Positions 29,411-37,697 of a stretch of 64,000 nt of DNA are shown here, piece by piece. Origin of the DNA: Planctomycetota bacterium (GTDB lineage: Bacteria; Planctomycetota; UBA1135; UBA2386); contig JADJPQ010000004.1 of the NCBI GenBank assembly GCA_016713175.1, positions 372,278-436,277 on the forward strand. The letters run 5' to 3'. How positions within the stretch are numbered: position 1 is the stretch's first letter; each line of letters opens with the position of its first letter. Both the position numbers and the translations under genes were made by a program. The notes below the pieces were generated by a model. It did no database searches, was not told where the DNA came from, and was given only the letters and a program-made list of their open reading frames with translations.

Positions 29411-31174
29411 ATGCTGCGTTCTGTCGCGTGGGTGGCGGTGTTGGTGACGGTGGCGGTGGCCCAGGAGACTCCAGTGGTGCTGGGTACCCAGGTGACTGCG
29501 GCGTTCACCGACCTGCGCTGGCAACCGCGCACGCTCGCGGACCTCGGCGACGTGCCTGCGACCGTGGTGTGGTTTGCGACGATCGAATGTCCACTGGTGC
29601 AGCGCTATCTGCCGCGCGTGCAGGAACTGGCGAAGGACCTGGCGGCTCGGCGGGTCCCGGTGCTGATCGTCAACGTCGGTCCAGGCGACTCGCTGGTCGA
29701 TGCCACCGCCCAGGTGGTGGAAGGCGCACCGGCAGCGATCGCGGCCAAGGACTTCGATCTGTCGTTCGCGCGCGCCTGCGGCGTCGAGCGGACCGTGACT
29801 GCGGTCGTGCTCGATGCCCAACGCAGGATCGTCTACCGCGGTCGGATCGATGCCCAGTACGGCTACGGCGGTGTCGCGCAAGAGCGGGGTCGCGAGGACC
29901 TGCGCGCCGCGATCGACGAGGTGCTGGGCGGGCGGCCGGTGACAGTGGCGACGACGCCGGTGGCCGGCTGCAAGATCACGCCGCCGGCAGTGGTTGCCGG
30001 AACGGTGCCGACGTGGAGTCGCGACGTCGCGCCGCTGTTCCAGCAGCACTGTCAGGAGTGCCATCGGCAGGGTGGCGAAGGGCCGTTCCCGCTCGCGACC
30101 GTGCATGAGGCGAGAAAGCACGCAGCGATGATCGCCGAGGTGGTTCTGCAGGGCCGGATGCCGCCGTGGTATGGCAGTTCGCGGCATGGCACGTTCGTCA
30201 ACTGGCGCGGTCTGGATGCGGCGCAGAAGCAGACGATCGCTGCCTGGGTGGCGGGCGGCATGCCGGAAGGCGAGGCTGCGACGGCACCAGCGCCGCGGTC
30301 ATGGCCGAACGACGAGTGGCGGATCGGCAAACCGGATCTGATCCTGAAGCCGGTGGCGCCGATGCGGGTGCCGGCCGAGGGGTCGGTGCCGTATCAGTAC
30401 TTCGTGCTGCCGTACCGATTCGAGCACGACACCTGGGTCGAAGCGATCGAGATCCTGCCGAGCAACAAACGCGTGCTGCATCACTGCAACATGGCGCGCG
30501 TCAAGTTCGGCGAACGCTGGTCGCAGGATGGCTTCATCACCGGCTACGTGCCCGGTGGCGATGCGATGGTGCTCGACCCCGGCACGGCGGTGAAGATCCC
30601 GGCCGGCTCGGTGCTGGTGCTGCAGGCGCACTACGTGACCACCGGCCAGCCCGAAGAGGACCGGCTGCGCGTCGGCCTGCGATTCCCTCGTGTCGTGGTC
30701 GAGCAGGAAGTGCGGGTCTTGATCGCCGCCGATTTCCGCTTCGAGATCCCAGCGGGCGCGAACGCGCATCCGGTGCGGGCGCGGCGGCAGTTCAAGGCGG
30801 ACGCGGTCGGCATCGGGCTGTTCGTGCACATGCACGTGCGCGGTCGCGACATGGCGGTGTTCGCGGAGCCGGAAGGCGGCGAACGCCAGCCACTGCTGCT
30901 GGTGCCGAATTACAACTTCGACTGGCAGCAGTCCTACCGTTGGGCGCCCGGGACGCAGAAGTTCGCCGCCGGGACCCGGATCGCTGCGTTGGCGCACTTC
31001 GACAACTCGCGGTTCAACCCGTTCAATCCGGACGCGGACGTTGCGGTGAAGTTCGGGCTCGAGACGACCGACGAGATGATGTACGCGTTCTTGTTCTACG
31101 TGCACGAACACGAACGGCTCGCACTGCGCGTCGACCCGGCGACCGGTCGGGTCGCCGGCGACGCGCCGCGCTGA
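29411..31174 (+). CDS. Secreted redoxin (thioredoxin-fold)–planctomycete cytochrome c–copper-monooxygenase-like fusion protein
   Basis: Signal peptide. N-terminal thioredoxin-like region (WFATIECPLVQRYLP). A CQECHRQGGEGPF haem-binding CxxCH motif. The C-terminal half has His-rich blocks (HHCNM, HYVTTG, HMHVRGRDM) resembling the Cu2 monooxygenase fold. Confidence 0.55.
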   Translation: MLRSVAWVAVLVTVAVAQETPVVLGTQVTAAFTDLRWQPRTLADLGDVPATVVWFATIECPLVQRYLPRVQELAKDLAARRVPVLIVNVGPGDSLVDATAQVVEGAPAAIAAKDFDLSFARACGVERTVTAVVLDAQRRIVYRGRIDAQYGYGGVAQERGREDLRAAIDEVLGGRPVTVATTPVAGCKITPPAVVAGTVPTWSRDVAPLFQQHCQECHRQGGEGPFPLATVHEARKHAAMIAEVVLQGRMPPWYGSSRHGTFVNWRGLDAAQKQTIAAWVAGGMPEGEAATAPAPRSWPNDEWRIGKPDLILKPVAPMRVPAEGSVPYQYFVLPYRFEHDTWVEAIEILPSNKRVLHHCNMARVKFGERWSQDGFITGYVPGGDAMVLDPGTAVKIPAGSVLVLQAHYVTTGQPEEDRLRVGLRFPRVVVEQEVRVLIAADFRFEIPAGANAHPVRARRQFKADAVGIGLFVHMHVRGRDMAVFAEPEGGERQPLLLVPNYNFDWQQSYRWAPGTQKFAAGTRIAALAHFDNSRFNPFNPDADVAVKFGLETTDEMMYAFLFYVHEHERLALRVDPATGRVAGDAPR

Positions 31175-31192
31175 GCGCGGCGCGGGCGAGCC

Positions 31193-32809
31193 TCAGGCCT
31201 TCGGCGGCGTCTTCGGGGCCGGGCCTGCGGCCGGCGGCGGCATCGGCACGGCGCCGGTCGGCATGGCCGCTGGCGGTTCGCTGAGCTTGCCGAGGAACTG
31301 GGGCATCTCGACGCCGCCGATGTCCTTCATCATCTGCAGCATCGGCGGCAGGCTGCCGGCCAGGCCCTGCAGGAAGTTGGCCGTCGCGTTCTTGCCGTTC
31401 TGGCTGCCGCCGTCCCAGACGACCACCTTGTCGAACTTGACGTTGGCGATCGCCTTGGCCGCGGTCTCGGCCAGCTCCGGCAGGTGCTCGAGCATCAGCA
31501 TCTGGAACGCCTGCTGCGCGCCGCCGCAACCTTCGACGATCCGCTTCAAGCCCTCGGCCTTCTTGGCCAGCATCTCGTACTCGCCGCGCGCTCGGGCCTC
31601 GAGGCGGGCAAAGGTCGCCGCCGCTTCGGCCTGGGCCTGCAGCCGGATCTGTTCGGCCTGGGCCTCGGCGTCGACGATGATCCGCGCCTTCTGCGCCTTG
31701 GCCGCCGCTTCGAGTTCGGCGCGCTGTTCGTTCTCGATCTTCTGCGCCATCGCTTCGGCGGCGCGCGCTTCGGCCAGGTACTGCAGCTCGCGGACCTTGG
31801 CATCGGCCTCGCGCTTTCGCGATTCGGTCAACTGGTAGGCTTCGGCCTGCTTGACCTTCAGCGTCGCTTCGGCTTCGACCGCCTTGGCGCGTGCCGTGTT
31901 CTCACCGGTTACCGCCGCGGCTTCGTTCTCGGCAACGGTGACACGCATCTGCCGTTCTTGTGCCTTGACCAGCGCCTGTTGCTCGAACGTCGCCTGGCTC
32001 TTGCCGACCTGGGCGTCCTTGTCGAGTTCGGCCAACCGGACGATCTGTTCCCGTTCGGCTTCCTTGGTGCCGATCGTGCGCGACTTGTCGGCGTTGGCGA
32101 CCTGCACGTCCTGCTCGCGCCGCGCCTCGGCGACGCCGATCGAGCCCTTCTTCTGCTGCTGCGCGACGTCGATCTCGGCCTGCTGGATCGCTTCGCTCGC
32201 TGCCTTCCTGCCCATCGCTTCGATGTAGCCCGACTCGTCGGTGATGTCGGTGATGTTGACGTTGATCAACACCAGGCCGATCTTCTCGAGTTCGGGCGTC
32301 AGCGACTTTTGCACGCTGTCGAGGAACTTGTCGCGGTTGCGGTTGATCTCCTCGATCGTCATCGATGCGATCACCTGGCGCAGCTGGCCGAGGATGATGT
32401 CCTCGGCCTGTTTGGTGACCTGGCGCACGTCGAGGCCGAGCAGGCGGATCGCCGCCGTCTGCATCACCGCCGAATCGGTACCGACCGCAACGGTGAACAC
32501 GCTCGGCACGTTGACGCGGATGTTCTCGGCCGACAGTGCACCGCGCAGCGGGATCTCGATCTGCATCGGATCGAGCGACAGATAGGCATAGTCCTGGATC
32601 AACGGCCAGACGAACGCGCCGCCGCCGTGCAGGCAACGGGCGGACTGACCGGAGGCGACCTTGCCGTAGATGACCAGGATCTTGTTGCTCGGGCAGCGCT
32701 TGTAGCGCTTGACGACGAGCAGGATCAGGCTGAAGACGACGACGCCGACGGCGGCGACGATCCACCACAGGTAGTCGATGCTCTGCAGGCCTTGCAGCAA
32801 CAGGATCAT
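31193..32809 (-). CDS. Flotillin/SPFH (band 7) family protein
   Basis: N-terminal TM segment, an SPFH domain, and a long EA-rich coiled-coil (AEAxxKA repeats) typical of bacterial flotillins (YqiK/FloT-like). Confidence 0.85.
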   Translation of the reverse strand: MILLLQGLQSIDYLWWIVAAVGVVVFSLILLVVKRYKRCPSNKILVIYGKVASGQSARCLHGGGAFVWPLIQDYAYLSLDPMQIEIPLRGALSAENIRVNVPSVFTVAVGTDSAVMQTAAIRLLGLDVRQVTKQAEDIILGQLRQVIASMTIEEINRNRDKFLDSVQKSLTPELEKIGLVLINVNITDITDESGYIEAMGRKAASEAIQQAEIDVAQQQKKGSIGVAEARREQDVQVANADKSRTIGTKEAEREQIVRLAELDKDAQVGKSQATFEQQALVKAQERQMRVTVAENEAAAVTGENTARAKAVEAEATLKVKQAEAYQLTESRKREADAKVRELQYLAEARAAEAMAQKIENEQRAELEAAAKAQKARIIVDAEAQAEQIRLQAQAEAAATFARLEARARGEYEMLAKKAEGLKRIVEGCGGAQQAFQMLMLEHLPELAETAAKAIANVKFDKVVVWDGGSQNGKNATANFLQGLAGSLPPMLQMMKDIGGVEMPQFLGKLSEPPAAMPTGAVPMPPPAAGPAPKTPPKA

Positions 32810-32843
32810 GAGGGATCTCCTTCTCGGACGGGTCAGGGGAAGT

Positions 32844-33386
32844 TCAGGCGAGCGGGCCGACGACCAACAGGTCGTCGGCGGCGCGGGCGAGCACGCGGAC
32901 GCGGTCGCCGGTGGCGAACTCGGCGGCCTGGCTGACGGCCTTGACCTCGAGCTTGCGACCTTGCACGGTCACCAGCACGCGGCCGTTGCCTTCGCCGGCG
33001 GCGGGAATGCGCAGATAGACACTGGCTTCCTGGCCGATGGCGTTGGCGAGGTCGACATTGCCCGACGACTGCAAGCGCAGCAGCGTCGACGTCGCCTTGG
33101 TGACAGCCCACAGCGCGACCACGCCGGCGACCACCGCGGCGAGCGTCGCCATCGCCGGCGACCAGCCGGCGTTCTGCGTCGCCAGCCCGGTCAGGCCGAA
33201 GAACGTCGCGAACGCGGCGACCGTCTGCAGCGACAGGTACTTCAGGAACAACGCGTCGTGCGCCGACCCGTCGACCGACGGCGGGCCATCGCTGGCGTCG
33301 CCATTGCCGCCGATCGCCAGCAGCACGAACTGGATGACCAGCAGGGCCCCGCCGATCGCTGCGCAGTAGAGATAGAGGCTGTCCAT
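32844..33386 (-). CDS. NfeD-like membrane protein (flotillin partner)
   Basis: Two N-terminal TM helices followed by a soluble OB-fold-like C-terminal domain (GRVLVTVQGRKLEVKAV...GDRVRVL). Lies immediately upstream of and co-oriented with the flotillin gene. Start chosen at MDSLYLYCAAIGG; the track ORF is longer. Confidence 0.65.
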   Translation of the reverse strand: MDSLYLYCAAIGGALLVIQFVLLAIGGNGDASDGPPSVDGSAHDALFLKYLSLQTVAAFATFFGLTGLATQNAGWSPAMATLAAVVAGVVALWAVTKATSTLLRLQSSGNVDLANAIGQEASVYLRIPAAGEGNGRVLVTVQGRKLEVKAVSQAAEFATGDRVRVLARAADDLLVVGPLA

Positions 33387-33483
33387 CGTGGTTCTCCGCG
33401 GCAGGCCGGCTGCCGCTCCGCCAGACGTCATGCGCTGTTGCGCACTTGGACTGGATTTACCGGGAAGTGACGTCGGTATTCCA

Positions 33484-34737
33484 TCAGGTAGCCGAGGCCG
33501 TCTTGCCGTCGTCGGCCGGCAGCCGGTCGATCCGCACCCGTTCCGCACGCTTGTTGTTGGCCTTGGTGACGGTGAAGCGATAGCCGGCGATCTCGACCTC
33601 GGCCCCAGCCCACGGCACGCTGCCGAGGCGTTCGGCCAGGAAGCCCGACAGCGTCTGGCTGTCGGTCGACACCTCGTGGATCTGCAGTCGGGCGAACAAC
33701 CGGCGGGTCTCGGCGATGCCGCGGCACAGCAGGGAGCCGTCGCGGCGCGCCAGCACATGCGTCTCCTCGGCGTCGAGTTCGTCCTCGATCTCACCGACGA
33801 TCTCCTCGAGCACGTCTTCGAGCGTGACCATGCCCTGCACGCCGCCGTACTCGTCGACGACGATCGCCAGGTGGCGCTTCTCGCGCTGGAACCCGCGCAG
33901 CACGTGGTTCAGCGTGTTGGTCTCGGGCACCACCAGCAGCGGGATCAGCAGGTCCTGCAGGTCGGTCGCGGCATCGTCGCGCAGCGCGAACAGCAGTTCC
34001 TTGGCCAACAGCACACCCTGGACCTGATCGAGTTCGCCGTTCGGCGTGAACGGGAAGCGGCTGTGGCCGGTGCGCCGGACGACTTCCAGGATCTTGTCGA
34101 TCGACCAGGTGCCCGACAGGAACGTCATCCGCGAGCGCGGCACCATGACGTCGCGGACGCGCGTCTCGCGCAGGCGGGTGGCGTTGGCGATGATGCTGCC
34201 GGTCAGCGCACCGAACACTCCCTGGGCCTGACCCGCGGTGGCGAGCAGCCGGATCTCCTCGAGGGAAGTCGTCGTCGAGTGATTGTGCGAGCCCAGCGCC
34301 CGGGCCAGGACGCGCGTGATCACCAGCACCGGGCGCAGCAAGATCGCCATGCCGTGCACGGTCCAGGCCACCGGCACCGCCAGCCGGTTGGCGTGCAGCA
34401 CGCCGAGGGTCTTGGGTGTGATCTCGGTGAACAGCAGCACGGCGATCGTGAACACGCCGGCGAACCAGGCGGCATGGATGCCGGGAAACGCCCCTTCGAA
34501 CTCATGGCCGGCGACGACGCCCCCGGCGGTGTTGGCGATCGTGTTCAGCACCAGGATCGCCGCGATCGGCTCGTCCGGCTGCTGCTTGAACCGGCGCAGG
34601 ATCGCGCCGACGCGGTGGCCGGTGCGTGCCAGCGCCTCGACCCGCGCATGGCCGACACTCAGCAGTGTCGCCTCGGCGATCGAGCACACGAACGAGATGA
34701 TCAGCGCCAGCGAGACGGCGGTCAGGAACAACAGCAT
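33484..34737 (-). CDS. Hemolysin/CorC-HlyC family protein (DUF21 membrane domain, CBS pair, CorC_HlyC C-terminal domain)
   Basis: Four TM helices with ITPKT, tandem CBS domains (RVRDVMVPRSRM..., AIVVDEYGGVQGMVTLEDVLEEIVGEIEDE) and a C-terminal transporter-associated domain. Start at MLLFLTAVSL. The 1229-aa track ORF fuses this gene with out-of-frame FadE antisense sequence. Confidence 0.8.
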   Translation of the reverse strand: MLLFLTAVSLALIISFVCSIAEATLLSVGHARVEALARTGHRVGAILRRFKQQPDEPIAAILVLNTIANTAGGVVAGHEFEGAFPGIHAAWFAGVFTIAVLLFTEITPKTLGVLHANRLAVPVAWTVHGMAILLRPVLVITRVLARALGSHNHSTTTSLEEIRLLATAGQAQGVFGALTGSIIANATRLRETRVRDVMVPRSRMTFLSGTWSIDKILEVVRRTGHSRFPFTPNGELDQVQGVLLAKELLFALRDDAATDLQDLLIPLLVVPETNTLNHVLRGFQREKRHLAIVVDEYGGVQGMVTLEDVLEEIVGEIEDELDAEETHVLARRDGSLLCRGIAETRRLFARLQIHEVSTDSQTLSGFLAERLGSVPWAGAEVEIAGYRFTVTKANNKRAERVRIDRLPADDGKTASAT

Positions 34738-34769
34738 GGGGTCGCGGCCGGCGGGCCGCACCCCGCAGC

Positions 34770-37283
34770 CTACGATCCCGCGTGACTCGTTGCCACCGTC
34801 GCCGTCCGTCCCGGCGCCGAAACCGCAGCCTGCGCCGGGCTCGCCGCGTGCAGGTACTCGTCGAGGGTGAAGGAGTCCACGGCAATGGCCTCGGCGCGGG
34901 CGGACTCGGCGTCCCGCAGCAGCCGTCGTTCGTTCTCGGTCAGGATGCCGGCTTCGACCGCCGGGTCGAGCAGGTGTTCGGGACGGGCCTTCGGCAGCCG
35001 ACCGCTCTTGACGGCTTCGCGCAGCTTCTTTTGGATCGGTTCGGCATCGGCGCAGAGTTGCAGCGCGCGTTCGAGCCGGCCGAGGGCCGACGTCGGATCG
35101 CCTGGCACCCAGATCCGTTCGGTCAGACGTTCGCGGGCGGAGCCCGGCGTCAGCAGCGAACGCGCCAGCCGCGAGCCGAGCCGGTCGCTGGGCTCGCTGC
35201 CCAGCGGGTTCAACCGGCGCAACCAGCGCAACGGACCGCGGACCAGCCAGGTGAGTCCGGGCAGTTCCAGATTGCCCATCAGGCCGAGCATCCCTTCCTG
35301 CATCCGGGCGAACGCGTACTCCATCGCCCAACGCATCGCCGCGACATCGTCGGGCTTGCGGCCGTCGGCCTCGAAGCGGCGCAGCGTGGCCGTGCCCAGG
35401 TACAACCAGGAGAATACGTCGGCGAAGCGACCGGTCAGCTTCTCCTTGCGCTTCAGGTTGCCGCCGAGCGTGCCCATCGCGACGTCGGCCCACAGCGCGA
35501 ACGTCGCCGAGGCCCAGCTCAGTCGCCGCCAGTACGGCGCGGCGGCGCCGCCGACCGGGCTCCTGGCAAGCCGACCGCGCGTCAGGCCGAGCAGCAGCGC
35601 CCGCGTGCCGTTCCTGATCACGTGGCCGACGTGACCCCAGAACGCGCGGTCGAAAGCCCGCACGTCGTTGCCGCCGATCGCCTCGAGTTCGGCGAACGCG
35701 AACGGATGGCAGCGGATCGCGCCCTGCCCGAAGATCATCAGCGTGCGCGTCAGGATGTTGGCGCCTTCGACGGTGATGCAGATCGGCGTGCCGGCATAGG
35801 CTTGCGCCAGCAGGTTGCGCGGCCCGCGCGAGATCGCCGCGCCGCCGAGCACGTCCATGCCGTCGTTGATGATCTTGCGCCACAGTTCGGTCGCGTTGTA
35901 CTTCGCGATCGCAGTGACGACGGCCGGCTTGGCGCCGGTGTCGAGGCCGCCACAGGTGAGCCGCCGCGCGGCCTCCAGCACGTAGGTGAAGCCGGCAATC
36001 CGCGCCAGCGGTTCCTCGATGCCCTCGAACTTGCCGATCGCCATGCCGAACTGCTGACGGACGGCGGCGTAGGCACCGACGGCGCGGGCGACCAGCTGCG
36101 CACCGCCGGTGGCGGTGGCGGGCAACGAGATGCCACGGCCGGCGGCCAGGCATTCCATCAACATCTGCCAGCCGCGGCCGGCGCCAGCGGCGCCGCCGAT
36201 GATGGCGTCTTCCAGCGCGACGACCACGTCCTTGCCGGAGGTCGGGCAGTTGTAGAACGGCACGCCGAGCGGATCGTGACGCCGACCAAGCTGGACGCCG
36301 GCGAGGCCGGTCGGGATCAGCGCGCAGGTGATGCCGGGGAACGGGCCCTTGCCGAGCAGGTTCTCCGGGTCGTGCAGCTGGATCGCCAGACCGAGCACGG
36401 TCGCGATTGCCGCCAGCGTGATGTAGCGTTTGTTCCACGACAGCCGCAGCATCAGGCGGCCATCCGTGCCGGCGAACACCACGCCGGTGGCCGAGATCGC
36501 ACCGGCGTCGGAACCGGCACCGGGCTCGGTCAGCGCAAAACACGGGATCTCGGCGCCGCTGGCCAGCGCCGGCAGCCAGCGTTGTTTCTGTGCCTCGGTG
36601 CCGTAGTGGGTCAGCAGCTCGGCGGGGCCCAGGGAATTGGGCACCATCACCGTGATCGCCAGTGGCAGGGAGCGCGAAGCCAGCATCGTCACGACGGCCG
36701 AGTTGGCGGAGGCCGATAGCCCGAGCCCGCCGTACTCGCGCGGGATGATCATGCCGAAGAAGCGTTGTTCCTTCAGGAACGACCACAGCTCCGCCGACAG
36801 GTCCTTCTGGCAGTGGATCTGCCAGTCGTCGGCCAGCGCGCAGGCCTGGGCGCAGGGGCCGGTGACGAACGCGCGTTCTTCCGCAGTCAGATCGGGGAAC
36901 GTTGCCGACGCCAGGCGTCGGAGGTCGGGTCGGCCGGAGAACAGTTCGCCATCCAGCCACACCGTACCGGCGGCGATCGCCGTGCGTTCGGTGTCGGAGA
37001 TCTGCGGCAGGAAGCCGGCGTTGCGCAGCAGACGCAGCACGCGGGCACTCAGTACGGCCCGCCGGAACGGCGCGATCGTGACCGCCAGCAATGGACCGAG
37101 CAGCAGTGGCCACAGCCACCATGGCGCGGCCAGGGTCCACAGGGACAGCGTCACCGTGGTCGTCCACAGCCACAGCCGGGCGCCGGTGTGGCCCAGCGTG
37201 GCGAACACCACGACCACCGTCGCTGCTGCCGCGAACGGCGGCAGGGCGGTCGCGGCCCCGTACGTCTCCAGGATCAGGTTCAT
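34770..37283 (-). CDS. fadE: Large (FadE-type) acyl-CoA dehydrogenase with an N-terminal membrane region
   Basis: About 840 aa, as in E. coli FadE. N-terminal TM helices. ACAD blocks (FGMIIPREYGGLG, EPGAGSDAG) and the C-terminal FadE-specific domain. Start at MNLILETYG. Confidence 0.75.
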   Translation of the reverse strand: MNLILETYGAATALPPFAAAATVVVVFATLGHTGARLWLWTTTVTLSLWTLAAPWWLWPLLLGPLLAVTIAPFRRAVLSARVLRLLRNAGFLPQISDTERTAIAAGTVWLDGELFSGRPDLRRLASATFPDLTAEERAFVTGPCAQACALADDWQIHCQKDLSAELWSFLKEQRFFGMIIPREYGGLGLSASANSAVVTMLASRSLPLAITVMVPNSLGPAELLTHYGTEAQKQRWLPALASGAEIPCFALTEPGAGSDAGAISATGVVFAGTDGRLMLRLSWNKRYITLAAIATVLGLAIQLHDPENLLGKGPFPGITCALIPTGLAGVQLGRRHDPLGVPFYNCPTSGKDVVVALEDAIIGGAAGAGRGWQMLMECLAAGRGISLPATATGGAQLVARAVGAYAAVRQQFGMAIGKFEGIEEPLARIAGFTYVLEAARRLTCGGLDTGAKPAVVTAIAKYNATELWRKIINDGMDVLGGAAISRGPRNLLAQAYAGTPICITVEGANILTRTLMIFGQGAIRCHPFAFAELEAIGGNDVRAFDRAFWGHVGHVIRNGTRALLLGLTRGRLARSPVGGAAAPYWRRLSWASATFALWADVAMGTLGGNLKRKEKLTGRFADVFSWLYLGTATLRRFEADGRKPDDVAAMRWAMEYAFARMQEGMLGLMGNLELPGLTWLVRGPLRWLRRLNPLGSEPSDRLGSRLARSLLTPGSARERLTERIWVPGDPTSALGRLERALQLCADAEPIQKKLREAVKSGRLPKARPEHLLDPAVEAGILTENERRLLRDAESARAEAIAVDSFTLDEYLHAASPAQAAVSAPGRTATVATSHAGS

Positions 37284-37382
37284 GCTTGCTCCGACGCGCT
37301 GTTGCGCTTTCGGCAGTCGCGCGTGCGGCACTTGGGCCGAACCTTCCTAGTGACCGGCGGGGCCTTGGCTACGGCTCCGTGG

Positions 37383-37676
37383 CTACCCGACTTCGTAGCG
37401 TACGATCTGGCCGTTGCACTTGTAGACCATGACCGACGGCCCATCGAAGTACAGGAAGACGCAGTTCGGGTTGTCATCGCACGGTGTCGCCCCGCCGCTT
37501 GCGTTCGGCGGTGATTTCGCTGCTCCTTTCGGTTCCTGGAGCGCGGCCTCGAGCAGTGCCAGGGCCGCCGCGCGCAGGGCTTTGCCGCGCAGCTTCGAAC
37601 CGCTGCTGTCGAGACGAAGACGCAGGATGTCGAACTTCGCCTTGTTGAACTGACTCTTCTTCTTCTTCGCAGCCAT
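37383..37676 (-). CDS. Small hypothetical protein (97 aa) with a lysine-rich N-terminus and a Cys-containing C-terminal beta region
   Basis: MAAKKKKSQFNKAKFDILRLRL...CDDNPNCVFLYFDGPSVMVYKCNGQIVRYEVG. Codon usage is distinct from spurious GC-frame ORFs. Sits 21 nt downstream of the kinase–FGE gene on the same strand. Confidence 0.4.
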   Translation of the reverse strand: MAAKKKKSQFNKAKFDILRLRLDSSGSKLRGKALRAAALALLEAALQEPKGAAKSPPNASGGATPCDDNPNCVFLYFDGPSVMVYKCNGQIVRYEVG

Positions 37677-37697
37677 CGTGATTTCCCGATCGGGCGG

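Noticed and set aside
26887-30187. Long ORFs (830 aa on the plus strand, 657 aa on the minus strand) overlapping the CarbopepD-repeat gene
   Set aside because: Out-of-frame or antisense to a well-structured repeat protein and the redoxin–cytochrome gene. Arg-rich composition.
34737-37173. Upper part of the 1229-aa track ORF 33484..37173
   Set aside because: Only the last 417 codons encode the CorC/HlyC protein. The remainder is an out-of-frame read-through over the FadE coding region.
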